NCBI GenBank assembly: GCA_963703225.1
Contig: OY969801.1
Coordinates: 864,001-928,000 of the forward strand
Reading direction: 5' to 3'
From: Candidatus Eiseniibacteriota bacterium
GTDB taxonomy: Bacteria; Eisenbacteria; RBG-16-71-46; SZUA-252
DNA: 64,000 nucleotides
Position 1 is the stretch's first letter; each line of letters opens with the position of its first letter. A model generated the notes under the pieces. That model had not been told where the DNA came from. It did no database searches and worked only from the letters and a program-made list of their open reading frames with translations. The translations under genes and the position numbers were made by a program. Below are positions 41,865 through 50,163 of the stretch, one piece after another.

Positions 41865-43293
41865 AGCTCCGGATCCGGATCGCCGACGACGAGGAGCTGA
41901 TCCGAAAGTCCCTGGTCAAGCTCCTGCGCGACGAAGGGCACGACGTGGACGCGGTCGGCTCCGCGGCCGAGGTACTGGAATCGGTCCGCCACGATCCACC
42001 CCACGTGCTGGTGCTCGACCTGAGGCTTCCCGACGGGAGCGGCCTCGACCTCCTGCCCCGCCTCAAGACGATGGCCCCCGAGATGAAGGTCGTCGTGATC
42101 ACCGCCTTCGGCGATCTGCCGACCGCGGTGGAGGCGATGCGGCAGGGGGCCGACGGACTTCCTCAAGAAGCCCTACGAGATGCACGAGATGCTCCTCGCG
42201 GTGGAGCGGCTCAAGGCCGGGCTCGCCCAGGAGACCCAGCTGGACGCGTTCCGGCGAGGCGAGCTGGAATCGTTCCTCAAGACCCGGATCGTCGGCGAGT
42301 CGCCGGCCATGCGCCGGATCTGGGACGTGGTCGGAAAGGTGTCGCAGAGCGAGGCGACCACGGTACTGATCGAGGGGGAGAGCGGCACCGGGAAGGAGCT
42401 GGTCGCGCGGACGATCCACTTCGAGAGCAACCGGCGGGACGCGCCCTTCCTCGCACTCAACTGCTCCTCGTTCCAGGAGCAGCTCTTGGAGAACGAGCTC
42501 TTTGGCCACGAGCGGGGCGCCTTCACCGACGCCAAGGAGCCCAAGCGGGGCCTGGTCGAGCTGGCCGACCAGGGGACGCTCTTCCTGGACGAGGTCGGCG
42601 ACCTTCCGGTCGCCACCCAGGCGAAGCTGCTCCGCTTCATCGAGGACCGGACGTTCCGCCGGGTGGGCGGCGCCGCCGATTTCACGGTCGACCTCCGCAT
42701 CGTGGCCGCCACGAATCGCGATCTCGATCCGGCGGTCAAGGACGGCCGCTTCCGGCACGATCTCTTCTATCGGCTCAAGGTCGTCTCCATCGACTTGCCG
42801 CCGCTTCGGGAGCGGGGAGACGACGTCATCCTCCTCGCCCGCCACTTCCTCGCGCTCTACAACGAAAAGTTCCGGAAGCGCTTCCTCGCCCTCGACCCCG
42901 AGGTGGAGACGATTCTCCGCGCCTACGCGTGGCCGGGAAACGTCCGCGAGCTGCGAAACCTGCTCGAGCGGATCGTGCTCCTGGAAGATGACGAGATGCT
43001 CCGCGAGGATCATCTTCCCGCCGAGATGGTCGCCTCGGTGGAGTCGGTGCCGCGCGTGCTTCGGGATGCGATCGCCGCGCGCGGCGAGGGAGGGGAGGAG
43101 CTGCCCGCCGCTCGCCGAGGTTGAGCAGGAGCACATCCTCCGGGTCCTCGAGTACACCAACGGGAATCGCTCGCACGCGGCGCGCGTGCTCGGCATTTCC
43201 CGCCAGAGCTTGATCGAGAGGCTCAAGCGGATCGCGGCGACGCGAGGTCCACTCGCCGCGGACGATGCCACGCGCCCTCGCGCGCAGCGCTGA
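41861..43293 (+). CDS. Sigma54-dependent response regulator (NtrC-family bEBP; apparent frameshifts near 42155 and 43105)
   Basis: Receiver (LDLRLPD), GESGTGKE, GAFTDA, FLDEVG, RIVAATN, WPGNVRELRN, Fis HTH GNRSHAARVLGISR. Confidence 0.93.
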
Positions 43294-43310
43294 GCGGCTC
43301 GAAATCCCGC

Positions 43311-43416
43311 TGTCGCCTTTCTTGGGATGTCGCGTTTCTCGACAGCCCACCTGATTCTCACACCACGCCTCGATAATCAGACGTTTCGTTCCCCTCCGCT
43401 GTCCAATCTCCTGACA
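43311..43416. promoter_or_regulatory. Putative bEBP upstream activating sites
   Basis: TGTCGCGTTTCTCGACA (43328-43344) and TGTCCAATCTCCTGACA (43400-43416), both TGTC-N9-GACA; degenerate copy at 43311-43327. Confidence 0.6.
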
Positions 43417-43540
43417 GATTGCTCCGGAGCGCCCTCGCGCGCGCGAAGCTGAGAAGGATTCGAAGGATCGCGCGTAACTCGCGCGCGTCGCGTGTGATCT
43501 GCGCGCGCCGCGATCCCCGCGCGGGGCGCTCGCGACGCGC

Positions 43541-43556
43541 TGGCCCACTTCATGCT
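43541..43556 (+). promoter_or_regulatory. Sigma54 (-24/-12) promoter
   Basis: TGGCCCACTTCATGCT: TGGC and TGCT with GG-N10-GC spacing; downstream of a bEBP gene and candidate UAS sites. Confidence 0.65.
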
Positions 43557-43602
43557 CTATACGGGTCCCAATGAATTCAGCATGGACAGGGGGAGGTGTG
43601 GA

Positions 43603-43989
43603 TTGCCGAGGTCCGTCCTCATCGTGGACGACGAGCAGCTTCTGGTTCGCACCGTCTCCAGTGTCCTCAAGGAAGCGGGGTACCGGATCGCAACAGCGGG
43701 GTCGGCAGAGCAGGCAGACAAGCACGTTTTTGGCGACCCGCCGTTCGATCTGATCGTCGTCGACAACCGACTGCCCAAGGAGAGCGGGATCGAGTTGATC
43801 AAGCGGCTCCGCGAGGCGGCGGTGAAATCAAAAGTGATTCTGATGACGGCCTACGAGACGCCGGAGGTGAAGTCCGAGGCCAAGCGTCTCAAGGTCGACC
43901 GGTACCTGAGAAAGCCGTTCGACCTGACCGTCCTGGTGGATGACGTTCGGAGCTTGATCGGGCCCGGAGGAAATTCGACCGCGGGCTGA
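43603..43989 (+). CDS. Single-domain response regulator (receiver only)
   Basis: GGAGGT RBS, TTG start; VLIVDDE, IVVDNRLP, ILMTAY, YLRKPFD. Confidence 0.9.
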   Translation: MPRSVLIVDDEQLLVRTVSSVLKEAGYRIATAGSAEQADKHVFGDPPFDLIVVDNRLPKESGIELIKRLREAAVKSKVILMTAYETPEVKSEAKRLKVDRYLRKPFDLTVLVDDVRSLIGPGGNSTAG

Positions 43990-44029
43990 AACCGAAGCCA
44001 ATCCAACACGGGGGGAGGTGATTCATAAA

Positions 44030-44077
44030 GTGGCTGCCAAGAAGAAGGCTGCGAAGAAGAAGGCCAAGAAGAAGTAA
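44030..44077 (+). CDS. Lys/Ala-rich micropeptide MAAKKKAAKKKAKKK (15 aa)
   Basis: GGAGGTGA RBS 8 nt before GTG; all nine Lys codons AAG; lies between the receiver gene and a terminator. Confidence 0.7.
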   Translation: MAAKKKAAKKKAKKK

Positions 44078-44115
44078 CAAGAGGTAAGAAGTAAAGCGGA
44101 TTGGGCACGTCCTCA

Positions 44116-44152
44116 GGGGTCGCCTGGCTTCGGCCGGGCGGCCCTGTTTGTT
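44116..44152 (+). terminator. Intrinsic terminator
   Basis: GGGTCGCCTGGC-TTCG-GCCGGGCGGCCC stem with UUCG loop, then TGTTTGTT. Confidence 0.8.
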
Positions 44153-44159
44153 GCGGGCC

Positions 44160-44957
44160 CTAGTGCTCCATCAGATGGTCGTAAATGAGCTCGTAAGGCT
44201 CGGAGCTGACACCGTGGGAGCCTCGGAATGGCTGATCGTAGACGAGGATCAGGAAGACCAGCAAACCCATCAGGCTGGAGAGAAGCCCGACCATGATCCG
44301 ATGGAGCCACACACTTCCGACGTCGAAGAAGTAGGATGCCGAGAGCGTGATCAGCGCACCGACGAGTATGACCGCCCACATGGCGGCGGGTAGACCCGAT
44401 CCGACCGCGTCGAGGCGCAGACGGCGGGCGAGAATCAGCTCGTTATAGGCGTGGAGCGTTTCCGCGTGAATGATCTTCTGTGCGTCGGAGGTGGGAGCGA
44501 ACTCAAGGAGGTGCTCCTGAGTTCGGTTCATGATCGCCACCCCTTTTGTTGGAACCAGTCCCCGGCGTTGCAGGGGCCACGCCTCGTGGATGATCTGATC
44601 GGTGTAGTCCCGGAGATCGGTCTTGAGTTGAGTGCGCACCGGCTCGGGGTAACCGCCGAAGTCCCGGTAGAGTGACGCGATCGCGGTTGCCTCTCGGGAG
44701 ACGAGCTTGGAGACATCCGCATAGCTCTCCCAGACCGCGATTGCGATCAGCGCCACGGCGAGCCCGTAAATGATGAGGATTCCGTGGAGGATCGCACCGG
44801 TTACCTCGTTCTGGTGGGCGACGTGCCCGAGCAGCGGCAGGATCAGGCGGCGGGCGATCGACAACCCAATGAGCCCCACGACCGCGAAAACCGCGACGAT
44901 CAGGATTCCGAGCACTACCCACGGCACGCTAAAGACCCAGTCGAACATGCGAATCAC
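44160..44957 (-). CDS. DUF4239-like membrane protein
   Basis: IYGLAVALIAIAVWESY, EATAI..LYR, EAWP, RRLRL, DQPFRG..VSSEPY motifs. Confidence 0.8.
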   Translation of the reverse strand: MIRMFDWVFSVPWVVLGILIVAVFAVVGLIGLSIARRLILPLLGHVAHQNEVTGAILHGILIIYGLAVALIAIAVWESYADVSKLVSREATAIASLYRDFGGYPEPVRTQLKTDLRDYTDQIIHEAWPLQRRGLVPTKGVAIMNRTQEHLLEFAPTSDAQKIIHAETLHAYNELILARRLRLDAVGSGLPAAMWAVILVGALITLSASYFFDVGSVWLHRIMVGLLSSLMGLLVFLILVYDQPFRGSHGVSSEPYELIYDHLMEH

Positions 44958-44999
44958 TCTAGGCGATCTGGAGCCCCCCGCGCGAGAAGTCTTGACAGC

Positions 45000-45037
45000 G
45001 ACCTCATAAGGTGGTCATATGACCACCAATGAGGGTC
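45000..45037. promoter_or_regulatory. Palindromic operator overlapping promoter and start codon
   Basis: Perfect 18-bp GGTGGTCAT/ATGACCACC (45010-45027) with outer arms CCTCAT/ATGAGG; TTGACA at 44992-44997. Confidence 0.75.
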
Positions 45038-45367
45038 AGTAGGAATTCGAGTCCCTTCGGTAGCTCGGCGCGCACGCGGGTATTGCTGGCGCTCCACTTG
45101 CTCTCCGAGAGTTACGCTCGGGAGCTGGCTCGACTGATTGGACTTAGCCTGTCGGGCGTCCAGAAAGCTCTCCGGTCCCTGGATCGCGATGGCCTCGTCG
45201 CGGGCCGCCCCGCCGGCAGGACGCGACTCTACCGGTTGAATCCGAGGGCATTCGCCCGTACGGAGCTCGAGAATTATCTCGCGCGGCTTATCGAAGCGGA
45301 TGATGAGCTGAGGACCGGTGCGGCCGAACTTCGGAGGAGACCCCGAAGGGCCGGCAAGCCGTTGTGA
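45029..45367 (+). CDS. Winged-HTH DNA-binding protein (putative antitoxin/repressor)
   Basis: FGSSARTRVL, YARELARLIGLSLSGVQKALRSL..GLV..GRTRLY (ArsR/MarR-like wHTH); basic tail [11 protein letters not shown]. Confidence 0.8.
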   Translation: MRVSRNSSPFGSSARTRVLLALHLLSESYARELARLIGLSLSGVQKALRSLDRDGLVAGRPAGRTRLYRLNPRAFARTELENYLARLIEADDELRTGAAELRRRPRRAGKPL

Positions 45368-45933
45368 AGTTCACTTCCCGGACTTCTCTCGCCACCCTGT
45401 CCGTGGTCGTGGGGGACAGACTCCGCCGTGAAGGGATTCGTGCGGTTCTGACCGGCGGTGCATGCGCGAACCTGTATTCGGGCGGGGAGTACCAGTCGCT
45501 GGACGCAGACTTTGTCCTCATCAGCTCGTGCACACTGCGGGAGCTCGACCGCGTTCTAGCCACGCTGGGCTTCAAGCGCAAGCGCGACCTGTATGTCCAC
45601 CCGAGGGCCAGATTCTTCCTCGAATTCCCACGAGGGCCACTCGGAGTCGGGGGTGACTTTCAAATCCGGCCCGTCCTGAGGGGGCATGGACGTGCGAAGA
45701 CGCTGGCCCTATCGGCGACGGACGCGTGCAGGGATCGTCTCGCCGCGTTCTACCACTGGAACGACCGCCAGAGCCTCGCCGCCGCCGTGGCAATCGCTGC
45801 CCGCCATCGCATCGTGCAGCACAAAGTGCGGAAGTGGAGCCAGAGTGAGGGGCACGTGGAGCGCTATGATGCCTTTCTCCTCGAGCTGAAACGGGCGCGC
45901 AGAGCCCGCCGGGCCCGGGCACGAACAGGCTAG
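45364..45933 (+). CDS. Pol-beta-superfamily nucleotidyltransferase-like protein (putative toxin)
   Basis: VLTGGAC..Y...YQSLDADFV (GG + SxDxD, as in AbiEii/MenT-type NTases); GTGA overlap with the wHTH gene. Confidence 0.7.
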   Translation: MKFTSRTSLATLSVVVGDRLRREGIRAVLTGGACANLYSGGEYQSLDADFVLISSCTLRELDRVLATLGFKRKRDLYVHPRARFFLEFPRGPLGVGGDFQIRPVLRGHGRAKTLALSATDACRDRLAAFYHWNDRQSLAAAVAIAARHRIVQHKVRKWSQSEGHVERYDAFLLELKRARRARRARARTG

Positions 45934-45976
45934 AGCAGGAAACTCGGTCCCGCGCTGGGTTGGATGCGGCATCGGT

Positions 45977-46005
45977 TTGACACGACGGGTGGGCGCTGGG
46001 AGAAT
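45977..46005 (+). promoter_or_regulatory. Sigma70 promoter of uvrA (probably leaderless)
   Basis: TTGACA-N17-GAGAAT, 6 nt before GTG 46012. Confidence 0.55.
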
Positions 46006-46011
46006 CTCCCC

Positions 46012-48790
46012 GTGCCCAACCGCCCGGCTCCGCCCGGCGTGCCGATGGTTTCCCTCTTCGGCGCCCGGCAGAACAACCTCAAGAACATCGACGTCGCCTT
46101 TCCCCGCGCCTCGCTGACCGTTGTCACCGGCGTGAGCGGGTCGGGGAAGTCGTCGCTCGCCTTCGACACGATCTACGCCGAGGGGCAGCGCCGCTACGTG
46201 GAGTGCGTCTCCACCTACGCCAAGCAGTTTCTGGACCGTCTCCCGCGGCCCGACTACGACCGCCTGGACGGGCTCGCGCCGGCGCTGGCGATCCGGCAGG
46301 GCGCCGCCGCGCAGACCGGGCGATCCACCGTGGGGACCGTCACCGAGCTGGCCGACCACTTGAGGCTCCTTTTGGCCCGGGTCGGCGAGACCTGGTGCTC
46401 CACCTGCGGCGCGGCGGTGCCGCGACACAGCGTCGATTCGGTGCTCGAGGCGATTCTCGGCGGGGCCGGGGATGAGGTGACGATCTCGACCACGCTCGCC
46501 GCCCCGGACGGGCGAGGGCGCGGAGGCGCTCTGGGCGCGCGCGCTGAGCCGCGGCTTCGTGCGGGCGCGCGGCAGGGGCGGGCGCGATTGGGTCCGGCTC
46601 GACGAGCCGATGCCGCCCAAGACCCGGGCGCCGATCGAGGTCTACGTCGACCGCCTCGCCGCGACGCCGGAGAACCGGATGAGGCTCCGCGAGGCGCTCG
46701 AGCTGGCCTGGCGCGAGGGCTCGGGGAGCGTCGACGCGACGCGGGCGTCGGGGGAGAAGCTCTCCTTCTACGACGGCCGCACCTGCGCCACCTGCGGCCG
46801 GTCGTTCCCCGAGCCTCGCCCGCAGCTCTTCTCGTTCAACAGCCCGTACGGCGCGTGCCCCGAGTGCCGCGGCTTCGGGAACATCCTGACCTTCACGTTG
46901 GACCGGGTCGTCCCTGATCCGGGGAAGTCGGTTCTCGAAGGGGCGCTCGACCCGTGGGCCAACTCGTGGCGGGCCTACTTCCTCCCCAAGCTCAAAGCGG
47001 TCGCCGCCGAGTATGGGATCCGCCTCGACCGGCCGTTTCGCTCGCTTTCCGAGGAGCACCGCAAAATTCTTCTTCACGGCGCGCCAGGCTTCCGCGGGGT
47101 CTTCCCCTTTCTGGAACGGCTCCGCGCCAAGGCGTACAAGTCGAGTGCCCGGTTCCTCGTGAAGCGGTATCAGGAAACGGTTCTCTGCGGGACGTGCAAG
47201 GGAATCCGGCTCAAGCCGGAGGCGCTCGAGGTCCGGGTGGGCGGAAAGAACGTATCGGAGCTGTCGGCGATGACCGTCGGGGATCTGCGGGAGTTCATCT
47301 CAAGCCTGAGCCTCGACCCGGTTCGCACGCGTGTCGCGGCTCCGATCCTCTCCGAGCTCAACGGCCGGCTCGAATATTTGGGCGAGACCGGCCTCGACTA
47401 CCTCACGCTGGATCGGCCCACCAAGACGCTCTCGGGGGGCGAGGCGCAGCGGATCGAGCTGGCGAACGCGCTGGGCGGGAGCCTGAGCCACGCGCTCTAC
47501 GTCCTCGACGAGCCCACGGTGGGGCTTCACCCTCGGGACACCGAGCGGTTGATCCGGGTGCTCCTGCGTCTGAGGGAGCGCGGGAACACGCTCCTCGTCG
47601 TGGAGCACGACGCCGACGTCATCGGCTCGGCCGATTGGATCGTCGAGCTGGGACCGGGCGCGGGGCACCGCGGCGGGAATTTGCTCTATCAGGGGCCGCT
47701 CGAGTCCTGGACGGGGCTGGGCGACGCCGCCGACAGGCCGGAATTCGTCGCCGAAGCAAAGGCGCCCCGCTACGGCTCGCGCCACAAGGGAGAGTGGATC
47801 GAGGTGCGCGGCGCTCGGGAGCACAATCTCAAGGAGATCTCGGTCCGCTTTCCGGTGGGCGCTCTCACCGGGGTCTGCGGCGTGTCCGGCTCGGGCAAAT
47901 CGACGCTGGTGGAGGAGATTCTCTGGAGGGCGGCTGCCCGCGCGATCGACGGGGATGCGCCGGCCCCCGGGGCCCACGACGAGGTGCTGGGGCTCAAGCC
48001 CATCAAACGGGTGGCCCTCGTCGATCAGTCGCCGGTCGCCCGCTCCACCCGCTCCAATCCCGCGACCTACGTCAAGGCGTTCGACCGCATCCGGGAGCGC
48101 TACGCCCGCGCGCCGCTCGCCCGCCAGAGGAAGTACGCGCCCGGCACCTTCTCGTTCAACGTCGCGGGCGGCCGCTGCGAGGCGTGCGAGGGAGCGGGGC
48201 AGACGAAAGTGGAGATGTACTTCCTCGCCGACCTCTGGGTTCCCTGCGAGACCTGCTCGGGGCGGCGTTATCGGCCCGAAGTCCTCGACGTGAAGGTGCA
48301 CGGCCTCGCCATCGACGCGCTTCTCGACCGCACCGTCGAGGAGACGCTGGCTCTCTTTCAGGGTGAGAACGATATCTTGGAACCCCTCTGGGTGCTGGAG
48401 CGGGTCGGGCTGGGATATCTCAGGCTCGGGCAGACGCTCTCGACGCTCAGCGGCGGGGAAACACAGCGCCTCAAGCTGGCGCGGGAGCTGGCCGAGCGCG
48501 GGAGCTCCGCCACCCTCTACATTCTCGACGAGCCGACGGTGGGGCTGCACCGGAAAGACGTGATCACGCTCCTGCGCGTGCTCAACGAGCTCACCCGCCG
48601 CGGCGGGACGGTGATCGCGGTGGAGCACAACTTGGATTTCCTCGCCGCGTGCGACTACCTGGTGGAACTGGGGCCCGAAGGAGGCGACGCGGGCGGCTTT
48701 CTGGTCGCCGAGGGAACGCCGCGCGAGCTGGGGCGGTCGGGCTCGTCGCCGACCGGGGACTACCTCAAGAGGATCGCTGCCTGCGCGTAG
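46012..48790 (+). CDS. uvrA: Excinuclease ABC subunit A (apparent frameshift near 46510)
   Basis: Two ABC modules ([18 protein letters not shown]), [32 protein letters not shown] zinc fingers. Confidence 0.95.
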
Positions 48791-49368
48791 TCGAGCGGGT
48801 GGTGGGCGGGCACGCTCATCCGCCCCCGCAGAACGATTCCGAGCTTGTTGGTGAGCAGGTACTCAGCGCCCGCGTAGAGATGGGTCTTGAGATACCCGTG
48901 GGCGTGGAAACCGGTATCGCTGAATCCGACGATGTCGGCCGATTGGACCACGACGTGGGCGCCCGGGCCCGCCTCGAGCAGCGGACGGAGTTTCCATTCC
49001 TGATGGTAGGACTTGAGCGGCCGGAACAGGTAGTAGAAGCTGAGCGAGCCCTCCGTCAGGTAGTCCTTGTGGCCGCCGGCGACTTCGAGCTGGATCGACT
49101 GCTCGAACGGCCCTCCCTCACGGATGAACCGCCGGTAGGCGAACGTTCCCAATAAATCGAAGTAGCCCTCCGGTATGGCCGCGCCCAGCTCGATCCGATC
49201 CCTCTCCTCCGGCGTGCGCCGAAGCTGCGAGGTGACCGGCGGACGGGGTCGCGGGGTCGCCTCCACCTGAGCCAGTACCGGCCCAGCCAACCCGACCGGG
49301 AGCGCTAAAGAGAGGAGCGTGGTCACGAGGAACCGGCGCGCGCCATGCAGCGCCCGGGGGTTCCTCAC
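48760..49368 (-). CDS. Hypothetical secreted protein, probable small beta-barrel
   Basis: Signal peptide ending VLAQ; amphipathic strands, LRPLLEAGPG, LYAGAEYLL; GTGA coupling to upstream gene. Confidence 0.6.
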   Translation of the reverse strand: MRNPRALHGARRFLVTTLLSLALPVGLAGPVLAQVEATPRPRPPVTSQLRRTPEERDRIELGAAIPEGYFDLLGTFAYRRFIREGGPFEQSIQLEVAGGHKDYLTEGSLSFYYLFRPLKSYHQEWKLRPLLEAGPGAHVVVQSADIVGFSDTGFHAHGYLKTHLYAGAEYLLTNKLGIVLRGRMSVPAHHPLDYAQAAILLR

Positions 49369-49802
49369 TCCACCGCCAGGTCGCTGGTCGAGGTGAAGGT
49401 CTCCGACTCCAGATAGATCCGATAGTTCCCCGGCGCGACCCGTTTCCCGGACTCATCGGTGAAGTCCCAGGGAATAGGAGGCTGCCGGAAGAAGCCAGGC
49501 AGCGTCGCCGCCTCGTCCGAGTCGAGCAGGACCTTGACGCGGGCGGCCTTGCTGTCGAACACGGCGATCCGGACGTGCGCCTCGTGCGGCAGGGCGAACT
49601 GGATGTTGTAGGAGACCTGCGTATGGCCCGGAAGGATCGCGGTGGTGGCGCAAACCTGGACCTCGCCGCCCGCCACGGTGAACTTGTCGCAGGAGTCCCA
49701 CGACGTGCGCTCGGAGCCTGGAAAGAAATTCTGGGCGGAGTGGATGCCGTCGGCGCTGCAGCCTGTGATGGCGATGATCGCCAGGACGAGCGGGATTCGC
49801 AG
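49365..49802 (-). CDS. Lipoprotein with FlgD-like Ig domain (CTG start inferred)
   Basis: AGGAG RBS, (M)RIPLVLAIIAITGC lipobox; IQFALP..AHVRIAVFD..RVKVL, WDFTDESGKRVAPGNY. Confidence 0.7.
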   Translation of the reverse strand: MRIPLVLAIIAITGCSADGIHSAQNFFPGSERTSWDSCDKFTVAGGEVQVCATTAILPGHTQVSYNIQFALPHEAHVRIAVFDSKAARVKVLLDSDEAATLPGFFRQPPIPWDFTDESGKRVAPGNYRIYLESETFTSTSDLAVE

Positions 49803-49864
49803 TTCGAACTCGCTCCTATCCGGCGGCGGGGAAGAAAACGAAATGATGGAGGGAATTCAAAGTT

Positions 49865-49981
49865 GAGGAAGTTCCCCGCGCATCCACGTGTGTCGCAAGT
49901 TAAAACCCCGCAAGAAACAACCCGCTGGAAGGACTAGGTTTTATCTGCGGATTGGGCACGAGGCGGCAGGGAACTCCGCTC
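49865..49981 (-). ncRNA. Candidate ~117-nt structured RNA (sRNA or 5' leader), family not recognised
   Basis: Begins at the predicted TSS of a strong promoter; 5' GAGCGGAGUUCCCUGC pairs with 3' GCGGGGAACUUCCUC; nested CGUG/CACG, CGCA/UGCG, UAAAACCU/GGGUUUUA helices; G-U pairs favour the minus strand. Confidence 0.6.
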
Positions 49982-49988
49982 GGTAGAA

Positions 49989-50018
49989 AATTTATCAATC
50001 CCCCCGAGGCCGTGTCAA
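49989..50018 (-). promoter_or_regulatory. Strong sigma70 promoter (divergent from ffh)
   Basis: Minus strand TTGACA-N18-TAAATT with TG extension. Confidence 0.65.
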
Positions 50019-50082
50019 CAGATTTGTCCTTGACCGGCACTGAGAAATCGGACTCGGCGCGCTCGCGGCGGCAACAGGGCTG

Positions 50083-50111
50083 TTGTGTCGAGGCCAACCG
50101 AGTGATACCCT
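50083..50111 (+). promoter_or_regulatory. Putative sigma70 promoter of ffh operon
   Basis: TTGTGT-N17-TACCCT with TG extension. Confidence 0.4.
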
Positions 50112-50163
50112 GCACCGTTTATGGCTTTAGGCGGAGTACGCAGCGTGGCCAGGTCGGTATCCC

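Noticed and set aside
42514..42535. GAFTDA instead of GAFTGA in the bEBP, suggesting sigma54 independence
   Set aside because: GAFTDA is a frequent variant that keeps the key Phe-Thr, and a sigma54 promoter lies downstream.
45940..46012. LexA/SOS box upstream of uvrA
   Set aside because: No palindrome matching LexA boxes I know; a lineage-specific box cannot be excluded.
48760..48790. 31-nt convergent overlap of uvrA and the barrel-like gene
   Set aside because: Short tail-to-tail overlaps are common in compact GC-rich genomes.
49947..49970. TGGGCACG as a sigma54 -24 element (also at 44102)
   Set aside because: No TGC at -12 with correct spacing at either copy.
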